Origin: Acidobacteriota bacterium
GTDB lineage: Bacteria; Acidobacteriota; UBA6911
NCBI GenBank assembly: GCA_963664705.1
Contig: OY761556.1
Location: forward strand, 6,624,001 to 6,688,000
Reading direction: 5' to 3'
DNA: 64,000 bases
Shown here: one piece after another, positions 1 through 12,781 of the stretch
How positions within the stretch are numbered: position 1 is the stretch's first letter
Layout of the letters: every line of letters starts with the position of its first letter
Position numbers and translations under genes: made by a program
Notes under the pieces: generated by a model
Database searches by the model: none
Seen by the model: the letters and a program-made list of their open reading frames with translations, nothing else
What the model was told of the DNA's origin: nothing

Positions 1-200
1 TGACTCCTGATGTGGGAAATGTAACGTACAGATTCACCCGTTCCTCCGTTTCTGCCAGTCAACCCCTGATCTGTATGGAGTCTATGATAGGCCAATATGG
101 ACCGGGTGTATTTATATTTTCGGACTGGGCCGCTTGTGTCCACCGGAAGCGCTGTCGTCCCGGCTAATACTGCATATCATTTGTCGAGGGTGAAGTCCTT
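1..200 (-). mobile_element. Possible non-coding end of an IS110-family element (transposase would start just outside the window)
   Basis: The minus strand ends in an AGGAG RBS at the window edge. About 200 nt of non-coding sequence contains stems (TACAGAT/ATCTGTA, CGCTT/AAGCG) and abuts a truncated REP-like palindrome. The IS110 assignment is inference. Confidence 0.3.
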
Positions 201-260
201 CGGTGGCTTGCCACCGCGGCTTTTATGGTTTTCAAGAGCGGCAGCAAGCGGCCGCACTCC
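201..260. repeat. REP/REPIN-like doublet (GGAGTGCGG type), left copy truncated
   Basis: CGGTGGC-TT-GCCACCG palindrome plus an inverted copy GCGGCAGCAAGCGGCCGCACTCC. The same GGAGTGCGG motif occurs at 62772-62804. Confidence 0.5.
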
Positions 261-336
261 TCGGTTCCGATTCGGGCGTGTCTTTTACAAATAATACTGT
301 CTGTGGTAGAGGCAGCTTTGCTCTCGCCGGCTTTCC

Positions 337-3300
337 TTAACTGTCGAGTACCTGGAGTGTCATGCGTGTAAGGTCCGATGCCGAGAATGGTTTTTGCAGG
401 AAGTGGAATTCCTGCTCGGGTGCGGCGCTATCGCGCAAGTGATCGGCGGTGTAGCCCGACATATAGATGCATTTGATGTTCGGATACATCACCTGGACTT
501 TCTGGGCAAGATTGCGGCCGTTCATTTCTGGCATGACAACATCCGTAACCAGCAACTGAATGTCGTGCCCATAATCCTGCGCAATCCTGATTGCCTCCAT
601 CGGGCTCCTGGCCTGCAGGACCGTGTGTCCCTCGGATTTGAGTATTGTAGCGGTCAGACGCAGGATTGCCGGTTCATCTTCGACCAGAAGCACGGTGACG
701 GGGTTTCTCTTGATGGCTTCCTGCTCTTCTTTGAGGTGAAGCTCGACTGTCGAACCGAAATCGCGGGGAAGGTAAAGAGAAATGGTGGTGCCTTGCCCTG
801 GGGCGCTTTGGATGTCGATGTGCCCTTCGTTCTGCCGGATGGTGCCATACACCGTAGCCAGGCCGAGGCCCGTTCCTTGCCCGACAGGCTTGGTTGTAAA
901 AAATGGTTCAAAGACATGCTCGAGCGTTTCTTCGTTCATGCCGCATCCTGTATCGGTGACTGAAACGCGCACATAATCCCCGGGCGCAAGCTCCTGGTGG
1001 TGTGTGGAGCAGTCCTTTTGATTGAGTGCACAGTTTGCCGTCTCGATGGTTATCCTGCCTATATCCGTAATTGCATCGCGCGCATTAACACAAAGGTTTG
1101 CGAGAATCTGATCAATCTGGGACGGGTCAATTTTTACGGGCCACAATCCGGCCTCGGGTTTCCATTCAAGCGCAATGTGTTCGCCAATCATGCGTTCGAG
1201 CATTTTTAGCATGCCGGCGATTGTCTGATTGAGATCCAGCACTTTAGGCGTAATGGTTTGCCTTCGAGCAAAGGCAAGCAGCTGGCGCGTCAAATCGGAC
1301 GATCGTTTGGTTGCATTCAGAATTTCCGAGATATTGTCATGAATCGGGTGTGAGGGCGCGACCTGTTTGAGAGCCATCTCCGAGTGTCCCAGGATAACTC
1401 CAAGCATGTTGTTGAAATCATGGGCCACGCCTCCCGCAAGGCGTCCAATCGATTCCATTTTTTGCGCCTGCTGAAGCTGGGCGGCTATTTGGGTCTTCTC
1501 TTCCTCCGCCTGTACCCTTTGGGTGATATCGCGGATCAATACGATAAAGCGCTTTTCCTTGCCGGCTGCGCCGGCCTTGGTCGCGATGGAAAGCTCAAAC
1601 CAGCACCGGCCGGCCGGCAGGTCCAATACATAGGTGGCTCCGCGGTGCGTGCCTTCCGCTGCCGCCTGCGCGATGGCCTTCTGAATAATGCCGGTGGGTT
1701 CCGGGGGAAGGATTTGGCTGACCGTCTTGTTGAGAAATGCTTCGGGCGGAGCGTATAGGGATCCCCAGGCAGAATGGTAGTCGAATATCTGCCCGCGGCT
1801 GTCTACTTCAAACAGCAGGTCTGGAACGGCATCGATGGTTGCCTTGAGGCTGAGATGGGTTTCCCTGAGTTCAGCTTCGGCTTTTTTGCGTTGAGTGATA
1901 TCCCGATCCATTCCACGGTAGCCTTTGAATTCGCCTTTCTCATCGAAAAATGGCACACCGTTTGTTTCCAGGATAACGTCATGACCATCCTTGTGTTTGT
2001 TGACATTTTCCAATTGGAAAAACCGTTCCCTCTTCTCGATAAGCGACAGGAATAGAAAGGCCACACGCGTTGCTTCTTCCGTCGACATAAAGTCAAAGGG
2101 AGTCTTGCCAAGGATTTCTTCGGGTTTGTAGCCCAGGAGATCTTCGATGTGAGAGCTGGAATATGTATAAGCTCCTTGTGCGTCCACTTCCCAAATCCAG
2201 TCATTGGATGATTCGACAATGTGACGAAGGCGCTCCTCGCTTTGCCTCAAAACAAGTTCCGCCAGCTCTTTTTGAGTCTTCTGTTCCAGCTGCCTCAAGG
2301 CGAACTCTAAATTCAAAGTTGCTTCTTCGAACAAGAGGACCTCTTTGCCCTGGAAGAAATCGGGCTCTTCCGCATAAACGCACAGGGCGTAATGGACACG
2401 CGCTCCCTTCCGGATAGGAAAGGCGGCGGTAGAAGCAAAGCCGGCTTCTTTGCAGAACTTTGTGCAATCGGTATTGACGGCGCCGTTGCAGATAATGGCT
2501 TGCTGCTCGCGCAGGACGGCTCCGATCGGACCATGCGACAGGCAAGTATCGCCGCCGGATGATTTCAACCGGTTAAAGGAACCGCTCGCACCTTCCGCAT
2601 AGGCGACCGGTTCCACACCATGAGTTTGGGCGTTGTACCGGCCGATCCAGGCCAGGTTCAGGCGTCCGTATTGCACAAGAATTTTGCAAACGCCGGAAAA
2701 CAATTGTTCGAGCGTCTCCGCGCGTGTAATGAGCTGATTGACATGACTCAGTGCAAGATAAAGCTCATTCAGGCGTTTGATTTCGGCTTCCTGCAATTTT
2801 TTGTGAGTAATATCCAGATGCGATCCGCGAATGCATAAAGCATTCCCGGCATCGTCATATTCCGTCGATGCCTGCGCAAACATCCATCGATAGATCCCAT
2901 CTTTGTGTCGGAAGCGGAATTCGAGATGAAAGCCGAGTTGGTGTTGTTCAATGAGTTGTCTTATCTGCGTAAGCAGCGGGTCGATGTCGGCGGGGTGAAC
3001 GCGGTCATGCCATTCGCGGAAATCATTTCCGATTTCCCAATCTTCGTATCCGATCTGCCGCTTCCATTCGGGTGAATAGTAGACCTCGTTGGTTTTGAGG
3101 TTCCAGTCCCAGAGGCCCACATTGGCAGCTTGAACGATGCGTTGCTGCCGATCGCGGCTTTCCCTTAGATCTTCCTGCGCGCGCATCTGCTCGGTGACAT
3201 TTTCATTGATGAGCATGATGCCGGCCACTTCACCGAGGTGGTTATGCCAGGGCTTAACTTCCCATCGAAGCCATGCAGAAGTGCCATCAGGATTTGTAAT

Positions 3301-3582
3301 CCGGTCGCCCATGGAACGGACCACCTCGCCGTTCAGGCCTCGCCTATGAGCTTCCTTCCATTCTTCCTCCAGCGTGGGGAAAACTTCATAATGCGAGAGC
3401 CCGGCAAGGTCTCTGCCTTCCAGCCCGTATAGGCTTTTCCAAAGGCGGCTTGCCGCGAGATAGCACATGTTGCGGTCAAAAAGGGCCATGCATAATGGTG
3501 TCTGTTCCAATAACAGGTCATATTGCTCCGCAATAGCCTGCAGTTGCTCAAATGTAGCGGTATTGTGCTGCTTGTCTTCCAT
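337..3582 (-). CDS. Multi-PAS/GAF hybrid sensor histidine kinase with C-terminal receiver domain
   Basis: Several PAS/PAC repeats, a GAF domain, H-box AHDFNN, N-box NLCVNARDA, G-boxes DTGCGM and GTGLGL, receiver LLVEDE...DVVMP. Start placed at ATG 3582 (MEDKQ). Confidence 0.93.
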   Translation of the reverse strand: MEDKQHNTATFEQLQAIAEQYDLLLEQTPLCMALFDRNMCYLAASRLWKSLYGLEGRDLAGLSHYEVFPTLEEEWKEAHRRGLNGEVVRSMGDRITNPDGTSAWLRWEVKPWHNHLGEVAGIMLINENVTEQMRAQEDLRESRDRQQRIVQAANVGLWDWNLKTNEVYYSPEWKRQIGYEDWEIGNDFREWHDRVHPADIDPLLTQIRQLIEQHQLGFHLEFRFRHKDGIYRWMFAQASTEYDDAGNALCIRGSHLDITHKKLQEAEIKRLNELYLALSHVNQLITRAETLEQLFSGVCKILVQYGRLNLAWIGRYNAQTHGVEPVAYAEGASGSFNRLKSSGGDTCLSHGPIGAVLREQQAIICNGAVNTDCTKFCKEAGFASTAAFPIRKGARVHYALCVYAEEPDFFQGKEVLLFEEATLNLEFALRQLEQKTQKELAELVLRQSEERLRHIVESSNDWIWEVDAQGAYTYSSSHIEDLLGYKPEEILGKTPFDFMSTEEATRVAFLFLSLIEKRERFFQLENVNKHKDGHDVILETNGVPFFDEKGEFKGYRGMDRDITQRKKAEAELRETHLSLKATIDAVPDLLFEVDSRGQIFDYHSAWGSLYAPPEAFLNKTVSQILPPEPTGIIQKAIAQAAAEGTHRGATYVLDLPAGRCWFELSIATKAGAAGKEKRFIVLIRDITQRVQAEEEKTQIAAQLQQAQKMESIGRLAGGVAHDFNNMLGVILGHSEMALKQVAPSHPIHDNISEILNATKRSSDLTRQLLAFARRQTITPKVLDLNQTIAGMLKMLERMIGEHIALEWKPEAGLWPVKIDPSQIDQILANLCVNARDAITDIGRITIETANCALNQKDCSTHHQELAPGDYVRVSVTDTGCGMNEETLEHVFEPFFTTKPVGQGTGLGLATVYGTIRQNEGHIDIQSAPGQGTTISLYLPRDFGSTVELHLKEEQEAIKRNPVTVLLVEDEPAILRLTATILKSEGHTVLQARSPMEAIRIAQDYGHDIQLLVTDVVMPEMNGRNLAQKVQVMYPNIKCIYMSGYTADHLRDSAAPEQEFHFLQKPFSASDLTRMTLQVLDS

Positions 3583-3954
3583 AGCGGGCCCCTGCTGCCT
3601 TACCTGGTGAAGATTTGCGGGTTTGTGCTGCGCGAGTCGCACAAAGTATTCTCCCCCGCATAGATATGATCGGCTCAAAAAACGGCCTGCGTTAACTCAT
3701 GATTCCCGAAATTTTTTGGTTATGGGCCTTAATTAAAAAAGACTAATCGTTCGATGTGGAGGCCAGATCCTGTTTCACGGCAAATATTTATTGTGTTTAG
3801 CGAAGGGTTCGGGTGATCATGGCTGCAGTTCAATTTAGCAATTGCCGTCACTTGCGTCCTGTAGCGAAGATGTCGCGCGGGTTTATCTATGCTCGATCGG
3901 AAATCGAATGCCCCGCTAACCCTGAATAAATCCGGAAATTCCTATTGAGAGCGT

Positions 3955-5199
3955 ATGAAAAAGCAAACCTATCAGAATGTTATTGCCTTGTTGTTCTCGT
4001 TGACATGGGGGCTTGTACTGTTGGACCGGAATGCTATTTCTTTCCTGTTCCCGGTGCTGATGAAGACTTTCAACCTGAACAATGCCCAAACCGGCCACAT
4101 TGTCATGTATACAGGTTTTGGGTTCGTGATTTCATCTCTCCTGCTGACTCCTTTTGCCGATCGATCCGGGTTGAAGAAGGCATGGCTGGTCCCCGTCATT
4201 ATTCTCTCCGGTGTTTTTTCGGGAGGAACTGCTTTCGCGGGTTCTTTGACCGCGATGCTCATGGTCCGATTCCTGACCGGTTTTGCCGATGGTCCTATCT
4301 ACCCATTGATGAGTTCTGTTCTGAAGGTCCAGGGCGAGCCCAAACGGTTTGCTTCCTATCTGGGAATGATGCAGCTTGCCATAGGCATCATTGCGCAAAT
4401 TATCGGGCCTGCCTTGACCATTCAACTGGCGCTCCGTTTCGACTGGCACTATGCGTTCATTTTTACCAGCCTGCCGACCGTGATGGTGGGAGTTGCGATC
4501 TGGTTTGTTTTGAAGGAAGTAGTTCCGACATCGGAGGTGTTGCCGAATGCCGGTCCGGTAAAGGCCGAGTCCACGATGAAATGGAGCGATTTGCCGAAGA
4601 TATTTGCCTATCGAAACTGCACTCTGTCCTTTATTGCCAATATCCTGGTAATGGTCGGGTTCTGGGGAGTCGTCAGTTTTGGGACAACTTATTGGGTCGA
4701 CGAAGGCGGGCTGACGCTGTCGCAGACAGGGTACCTGGGTTCCATCTCAGGCATCGTGGGGCTGGGGTGGGCTGTGGTGATCCCGATCATCGTTGATCGG
4801 TTTGGGCGAAAACCTTCCGCGTCCCTGTTTACGATCTATATCGCCGCTTCCATGTTTATCATGTATCTGAGCAAAGGGCTGATAGCCCAGATTGCTTACG
4901 TCCTGGTGATCGGCTGCTGCGGATTTGTTTCGGTGCTGTTTGTGGCGATCATTTGCCAGGAATCTGTTCCGCCCGCGATCGCGGCTACGACGACCGCAAT
5001 CGGTATGGCGATAGGAGAGCTGTTCGGCACCGCTATTGCCCCTCGAATACTTGGATCGCTTGGCGATATTTATGGGTTGCGGACCATCTTTCTGGTAGGA
5101 GGGGTCAGCACGGTTATTGCCTTTGTCATTACCTTCTGGCTGACCGAAACCGGAAAGTCAAAACTCGAAGAAGAACCGGCCCTCTCCCTGAGCGCTTAG
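3955..5199 (+). CDS. MFS transporter
   Basis: About 12 hydrophobic segments, with MFS loop motifs ADRSGLKK and VDRFGRK. Confidence 0.9.
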   Translation: MKKQTYQNVIALLFSLTWGLVLLDRNAISFLFPVLMKTFNLNNAQTGHIVMYTGFGFVISSLLLTPFADRSGLKKAWLVPVIILSGVFSGGTAFAGSLTAMLMVRFLTGFADGPIYPLMSSVLKVQGEPKRFASYLGMMQLAIGIIAQIIGPALTIQLALRFDWHYAFIFTSLPTVMVGVAIWFVLKEVVPTSEVLPNAGPVKAESTMKWSDLPKIFAYRNCTLSFIANILVMVGFWGVVSFGTTYWVDEGGLTLSQTGYLGSISGIVGLGWAVVIPIIVDRFGRKPSASLFTIYIAASMFIMYLSKGLIAQIAYVLVIGCCGFVSVLFVAIICQESVPPAIAATTTAIGMAIGELFGTAIAPRILGSLGDIYGLRTIFLVGGVSTVIAFVITFWLTETGKSKLEEEPALSLSA

Positions 5200-5361
5200 A
5201 GAGCAAGTTGTGGCAGTTCAGGTGCGTTGAATTGGCGGCATCGTTCCGGTTTCCTTTTTTACGGAATTCACGAGCCATTCAAAGCGCTGTTATTGCGGTT
5301 GCCACAAACGCATCGATTTCGCCGGGATTCAGCCCTACAATAAGCCCCGGAGGTCTGGGCC

Positions 5362-6810
5362 TTGAATTCGCGTCGCGGCGTTCGGATTATCGTGTCGTTG
5401 GCCGGGCTGGCCATGTTCACGCTGGCGGCGCATGCTTTTCCCGTGAACGCCACCACGGTCGGTTTTGCCTACCTGCTGCTCATCCTGATTGTTGCCAGCA
5501 CCTGGGGATTTATCGAGGCCTTTATTCTTTCAATCGCAGCGACCCTGGCGTTCAATCTCTTCTTTCTGCCTCCGGTCGGCACATTCAATATTGCCGAGGC
5601 GCAGAACTGGGTTGCGCTGTTCACTTTTCTCACAACCTCCCTGATTGCGAGTCGACTCTCGACCAAAGCAAAACGGCGCGCACTGGATGCCATCGAGCGT
5701 CAGCAGGATATTGAAAGGCTGTATTCCTTCAGCCGGGCAATCCTGCTGATCGACAGTTCCGAGTCTTTTCCTGCCCAGTTGATCCGGAAACTGGCGGATA
5801 TATTTCAGTTGAGCCTGGCCGTTCTTTACGAGCGGCGCACCGACACTTTCTACCGGGCCGGCCCGTCGGAAGCGGAAGGTGTTGAGAAACAGCTTCGGGA
5901 CACAGCCCTGAAGGGCACAACGTCCTCCGTGGAGGGATCCTGCACTTTTACCGCCATACGGCTTGGATCCGAGCCGATCGCCAGCCTCGCAATCCAGGGG
6001 AATCGTTTCACCGATTCGGTTCTTCAAGGCATCGGGAACCTGGTGGCCATTGGTTTGGAGAGAGCCCGGGCGCAGGATCTTGCCCACGAAATCGAGGCGA
6101 CGAGGCGAAGCGAGCACCTGCGCACAACGCTGATAGACGCAATGGCTCATGAATTCAAGACCCCACTTACCTCTATCAAAGCGACGACGACGGCACTCCT
6201 GGATGCTCCCGATCAGGCATTGGATGCCCGCGTGGAACTGCTGAAGATTGCCGATGAGGAGACGCAGCATTTAGGAAATTTGATTGATGACACGGTGGCG
6301 ATGGCACGCCTGGATGCCGGTCGCATCAAGGTCAATCCTGAAATTGTGGATATGTTCGAGGTCATCGAAGATATTTGCCTTTCACTCAAAGCGGAATTGC
6401 AGGGTCGACAGCTCGACGTGATCAGGAGCGCCGAGGTTTCAGCTGCGATCTTTGACCGGCGCCTGGTAAAGCTAGCAGTCAAGCAGTTGGTGGAGAATGC
6501 AATCAAATACTCTCCGGTCACGACACCGTTGAAGATTCGTATTGAAAGTGATGATAAACTGCTTGGTGTATGCGTTACGGATTACGGCAAAGGTATACCG
6601 GTGCAGGAGCAGCAACGTATCTTTGAGCGTTTTTATCGAAGTCCTTCGGTTCAGGACCAGATTCCCGGATCGGGATTGGGTTTGAGCATTGCTAAGAGTA
6701 TTGCGCGAGCCCATGGCGGGGATTTGACCGTTTCGAGCCGTCCGGGGGAAACCACTTTCCGGTTGGTTTTGCCTCTCGAGTACAGAGGAGAACATCGTGA
6801 GCGCGGGTAG
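5362..6810 (+). CDS. kdpD: KdpD membrane/kinase part only (4 TM DUF4118, GAF, HisKA, HATPase)
   Basis: FNLFFLPPVGTF TM signature, HEFKTPLTSI H-box, GSGLGLSI G-box. Lacks the N-terminal KdpD/USP domains, overlaps kdpE, and has GGAGGT before a TTG start. Confidence 0.88.
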   Translation: MNSRRGVRIIVSLAGLAMFTLAAHAFPVNATTVGFAYLLLILIVASTWGFIEAFILSIAATLAFNLFFLPPVGTFNIAEAQNWVALFTFLTTSLIASRLSTKAKRRALDAIERQQDIERLYSFSRAILLIDSSESFPAQLIRKLADIFQLSLAVLYERRTDTFYRAGPSEAEGVEKQLRDTALKGTTSSVEGSCTFTAIRLGSEPIASLAIQGNRFTDSVLQGIGNLVAIGLERARAQDLAHEIEATRRSEHLRTTLIDAMAHEFKTPLTSIKATTTALLDAPDQALDARVELLKIADEETQHLGNLIDDTVAMARLDAGRIKVNPEIVDMFEVIEDICLSLKAELQGRQLDVIRSAEVSAAIFDRRLVKLAVKQLVENAIKYSPVTTPLKIRIESDDKLLGVCVTDYGKGIPVQEQQRIFERFYRSPSVQDQIPGSGLGLSIAKSIARAHGGDLTVSSRPGETTFRLVLPLEYRGEHRERG

Positions 6811-7498
6811 AATTCTTGTGGTGGACGATGAGCCCCAGATCCGGCGCGTCATGCGCCCCACGCTGATTGCGGCAGGATATGAAATCGAGGATGCCAAGTC
6901 CGGAGAAGAGGGCATTGAGAAGGTAAACCAGTTTCGCCCGGACCTGGTGCTGCTTGACATCAACATGCCCGGGATGGGCGGGTTGGCCGCCTGCAAGCTG
7001 ATCCGGATGGCGGATAAAAATATCGCCATCATCATTCTTACCGTTCGCGACTCGGAAGCGGATAAAGTAGCCGCGCTGGATGCCGGGGCAGACGATTTTG
7101 TCACAAAGCCCTTCAGTACGCCGGAATTGCTGGCGCGAATCCGCGCGGCGCTGCGCCGGGTACCGGCGCTTCAATCAAATCCGGACCGGATCCAAGTCGG
7201 CGCTCTATCGATTGACTTTGCTTTGCGCACCGTAGCCAATGGCGGCGAGCCCATACACTTGACTCCCAAGGAACTGGATTTGCTGCGGTATCTGACCCAG
7301 CACTGCAACCAGGTTGTGTCTCACCGGGAACTGTTGCAGGCTGTATGGGGCGCGGATTACGGGCGCGAGGTAGATTATCTTCGGGTGTTCATCAAGAATC
7401 TGAGAAAGAAAATTGAAGCGAACCCGGATGCCCCGGAATACATTACCACCGAGCCGTGGGTGGGGTACCGCTTCAACGGCACGCCCGAGCCTTTATAG
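6797..7498 (+). CDS. kdpE: OmpR-family response regulator KdpE
   Basis: Receiver plus winged helix; motifs DKVAALDAGADDFVTKPF, YLRVFIKNLRKKIE, TEPWVGYRF. Lies in the kdp locus. Confidence 0.92.
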   Translation: MSAGRILVVDDEPQIRRVMRPTLIAAGYEIEDAKSGEEGIEKVNQFRPDLVLLDINMPGMGGLAACKLIRMADKNIAIIILTVRDSEADKVAALDAGADDFVTKPFSTPELLARIRAALRRVPALQSNPDRIQVGALSIDFALRTVANGGEPIHLTPKELDLLRYLTQHCNQVVSHRELLQAVWGADYGREVDYLRVFIKNLRKKIEANPDAPEYITTEPWVGYRFNGTPEPL

Positions 7499-7568
7499 AA
7501 TTTTTATAAATCCTCCATAACTTCTTCAGGGTTCCTCTACGCCTTCTTCAGGCCGCGCGTCCTATGCT
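7491..7568 (+). promoter_or_regulatory. Putative KdpE-binding direct repeats and -10 box of the kdp operon
   Basis: TTTATA at 7492 and 7503 (11-bp period, like the E. coli KdpE box), degenerate copies downstream, TATGCT at 7563-7568. Confidence 0.65.
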
Positions 7569-7587
7569 ACTCACGGAGCGTGCGACC

Positions 7588-8049
7588 ATGTCGACAACAA
7601 CAGCTTTTGGAATTTATGCAGACAGCGGGATTGATGAGTCTCTTCCAGCGCCCGCCATTTTGAATATCGGTCTGACCGTATTCGTGCTGTTTACATCCAT
7701 AGACGAGACGCTGAAAGCACTGCGAAGAGCGCAACAGATTGCGAGGCCGGTAGGCGCCCACATCGTTGTAGTGGCGGCACCGGTGATTCCTCACCCGCTG
7801 CAACTTGATCAGCCGCCGGTGTCTTTCGACTTTCTGATCAAGGAATTTGAGGAAAAGGCCGGCGGACATTTGGACAACATACGAATTGCAGTCTATCTGT
7901 GCCGCGATCAAGAGGAAGCACTAAAGCGTGTTTTGAACATCCATTGCCCTGTGGTTATCGGGATCAGTAAGCGTTGGCTCCCAACCAGGGAGGAACGATT
8001 GGCGAAAAGGCTGCTTCGCATCGGGTACGACGTTATCACGGTTTCCTAG
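7588..8049 (+). CDS. Hypothetical protein, probable USP-like fold, first gene of the kdp operon
   Basis: GGAG RBS; alternating beta/alpha pattern (VFVLFTS..TLKALRRAQQIA..IVVV). Fold is inference. Confidence 0.65.
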   Translation: MSTTTAFGIYADSGIDESLPAPAILNIGLTVFVLFTSIDETLKALRRAQQIARPVGAHIVVVAAPVIPHPLQLDQPPVSFDFLIKEFEEKAGGHLDNIRIAVYLCRDQEEALKRVLNIHCPVVIGISKRWLPTREERLAKRLLRIGYDVITVS

Positions 8050-8058
8050 GAGGATCCC

Positions 8059-8142
8059 ATGCTGGACCTGTTCTATCTCGCCGTTGCCGCATGTGTCCTC
8101 GCTGTTTTCTGGGGATTCGCCATTATTTGCGACAGGCTTTAG
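8059..8142 (+). CDS. 27-aa membrane peptide upstream of kdpF (MLDLFYLAVAACVLAVFWGFAIICDRL)
   Basis: AGGAGG RBS, single hydrophobic helix. Absent from the ORF track because of its length. Confidence 0.7.
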   Translation: MLDLFYLAVAACVLAVFWGFAIICDRL

Positions 8143-8152
8143 GGAGAAGTAA

Positions 8153-8236
8153 ATGGATTACATCATTGCGGGGCTTACATCGGCGGCTCTCTTTGTTTAC
8201 CTGGTATATGCGCTTTTGAAACCGGAGCGTTTTTAG
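8153..8236 (+). CDS. kdpF: K+-transporting ATPase subunit F (MDYIIAGLTSAALFVYLVYALLKPERF)
   Basis: YLVYALLxPERF KdpF signature, GGAG RBS, directly before kdpA. Confidence 0.92.
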   Translation: MDYIIAGLTSAALFVYLVYALLKPERF

Positions 8237-8245
8237 GAATCAATC

Positions 8246-10012
8246 ATGACAAGACAGGGTGTTCTGCAGATTGCCGTCTATTTTGTTGTGTTGCTCGTAT
8301 TGACGAAACCACTCGGGGCATTCATGGCCAATGTATATGAAGGGAAGCGGACGTTCCTTCATCGCGTTTTCCGGCCATTGGAGCATTTCATTTATAGGCT
8401 CAGCGGCATTTGCGAGGAAACAGAACAGCGATGGATCCAGTATACCGCCTCGCTGCTGGCTTTCAGCCTGGTTTGCTTTGTCTTTACCTATCTCCTTCAG
8501 CGCCTTCAAGGTTTTCTGCCACTGAATCCGGCGGGGTTTGGTTCAAAGCAGGTTGCTCCTGATTTGGCCTTCAATACCGCAGTCAGCTTCATCACCAACA
8601 CTAACTGGCAATCTTATAGTGGCGAGACAACTCTGAGCTATTTCGTACAGATGGCCGCTTTAACGGTTCAGAACTTTGCCTCAGCGGCGGCGGGAATGTG
8701 TGTTGCCATCGCTTTGATTCGTGGCTTTGCCCGGAGGCAGGTGAGTACCATAGGCAATTTCTGGGTGGATCTTGTACGGAGCATTCTGTATATCCTTCTG
8801 CCTTTGTCTTTGATTGGGGCTCTCCTGCTTTGTTCTCAAGGCGTTATACAGAATTTCAGCCATTCTTCCGCGATAACAACACTTGAAGGGAGTAGCCAGA
8901 TCATAGCGCAGGGCCCGGTAGCTTCCCAGATTGCCATCAAACAATTGGGTACAAACGGGGGAGGTTTCTTTAATGTCAATTCTGCGCACCCATTCGAGAA
9001 CCCAACACCGATTTCCAACTTCCTGGAAATGCTGTTCATCCTTCTGATTCCGGCCGGGCTTGTCTACACGTTTGGGCGGATGGTGAAAGACACGCGCCAG
9101 GCATGGGCGGTGTTTGCCGCGATGAGCCTGCTTTTTCTGGCAGGCGTTTTTATCTGCTATCCCGCAGAACAGGCCGGCAATCCCAACCTTACAAAACTGG
9201 GTGTCCAGGGTGTCCCGTCCAATGCCCAATCCGGTGGCAATATGGAAGGTAAAGAGGTCCGCTTCGGCATTGCGCCGTCCGCGCTTTGGGCTGTGGCGAC
9301 CACCGATGCAAGCAATGGCAGTGTGAATAGCATGATGGACAGCTTTACTCCCATTGGCGGCCTGGTGGCGCTTTTCAATATTCAAACCGGCGAGGTCATT
9401 TTCGGAGGAGTCGGATCCGGCCTCTACGGGATGCTGCTGTTTGCCATTATCGCAGTCTTCATAGCGGGTTTGATGGTGGGACGAACTCCGGAGTATCTCG
9501 GCAAGAAGATCGAGGGAAAGGAAGTGAAGATGGCAATGCTGGCGCTGATCGCCTGTGCGGCTTCCATCCTGATTTTCACTGCAATCAGTACCCATCTCCA
9601 CTTTGCCAAGGGGGGGTACTGGAATCCTCCCGGTGCGACTGCAGCCAATATAGCCAATAGCGGGCCGCATGGGCTTTCGGAAATTCTATACGCCTATTCA
9701 AGCGGTACGGGAAACAACGGCAGCGCCTTTGCCGGGCTAAATGCCAACACGCCCTGGTACAACTTGACCATTGGGCTGGCAATGCTGATTGGGCGTTTTC
9801 TTATCATCATTCCAATGCTTGCCGTGGCGGGGAGTCTGGCACTGAAAAGCCCTGTGCCGGTGACCAGCGGGACGCTACCGACGCATGGTCCTCTATTTGT
9901 CGGGCTGCTTGCCGGGACGGTGATTATAGTGGGCGCCCTTACCTATTTCCCCGCACTTTCATTAACTCCCATTGTCGAACATTTTCTCATGAGCAGCGGC
10001 CGGATGTTTTAA
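8246..10012 (+). CDS. kdpA: K+-transporting ATPase subunit A
   Basis: Motifs [33 protein letters not shown]. Confidence 0.97.
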   Translation: MTRQGVLQIAVYFVVLLVLTKPLGAFMANVYEGKRTFLHRVFRPLEHFIYRLSGICEETEQRWIQYTASLLAFSLVCFVFTYLLQRLQGFLPLNPAGFGSKQVAPDLAFNTAVSFITNTNWQSYSGETTLSYFVQMAALTVQNFASAAAGMCVAIALIRGFARRQVSTIGNFWVDLVRSILYILLPLSLIGALLLCSQGVIQNFSHSSAITTLEGSSQIIAQGPVASQIAIKQLGTNGGGFFNVNSAHPFENPTPISNFLEMLFILLIPAGLVYTFGRMVKDTRQAWAVFAAMSLLFLAGVFICYPAEQAGNPNLTKLGVQGVPSNAQSGGNMEGKEVRFGIAPSALWAVATTDASNGSVNSMMDSFTPIGGLVALFNIQTGEVIFGGVGSGLYGMLLFAIIAVFIAGLMVGRTPEYLGKKIEGKEVKMAMLALIACAASILIFTAISTHLHFAKGGYWNPPGATAANIANSGPHGLSEILYAYSSGTGNNGSAFAGLNANTPWYNLTIGLAMLIGRFLIIIPMLAVAGSLALKSPVPVTSGTLPTHGPLFVGLLAGTVIIVGALTYFPALSLTPIVEHFLMSSGRMF

Positions 10013-10034
10013 CCGACGCGCAAGAGGAGGATTC

Positions 10035-12164
<2,130 letters not shown>

Positions 12165-12172
12165 GGAGGAAT

Positions 12173-12781
12173 ATGCTGAGACAGATAGTGCCCGCGTTGC
12201 GCATCACCATGGTTCTGACCGTTCTTACCGGTTTGCTGTATCCCGGCATTGTTACCGGCCTTTGCCAGTTGTTGTTTCCGCATCAGGCCAATGGTAGTCC
12301 GGTCGTGGGAAACGGCCGCGTTGTCGGCTCTGACCTCATTGGTCAAAATTTCCGCAGTCCCGAGTACTTTCATCCACGCCCTTCTGCCGCTGGTACCGAA
12401 GGCTATGATGCTTCTTCGTCCGGAGCCTCGAACCTGGGGCCTACCAGCAAGGCTCTGATGGATAGAGTGCAGGCGGATATAGCGAAATTCCGTCTCGAGA
12501 ACCCCGATTATCATGGCCTTATCCCCGCCGATATTGTGACGGCGTCCGGAAGTGGGTTGGATCCACACATCAGCCCAGCCGCCGCGCAGGCCCAGGCCGC
12601 GCGTGTTGCAATGGCGAGAAAGATACCGGTTCCTGAGGTACGGCATTTGATAGATCTAAACAGGGAAAAGCCCTCGCTTGGATTCCTTGGCGACGCACGG
12701 GTGAATGTATTGCGATTGAATCTGGCACTGGATCACCTGCAGTCATCGATTCTTCGAGAGCAAAGACTGAGACGGCCATGA
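12173..12781 (+). CDS. kdpC: K+-transporting ATPase subunit C
   Basis: YFHPRPSA, SGASNLGP, TASGSGLDPHIS; AGGAGG RBS before ATG 12173. Confidence 0.96.
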   Translation: MLRQIVPALRITMVLTVLTGLLYPGIVTGLCQLLFPHQANGSPVVGNGRVVGSDLIGQNFRSPEYFHPRPSAAGTEGYDASSSGASNLGPTSKALMDRVQADIAKFRLENPDYHGLIPADIVTASGSGLDPHISPAAAQAQAARVAMARKIPVPEVRHLIDLNREKPSLGFLGDARVNVLRLNLALDHLQSSILREQRLRRP

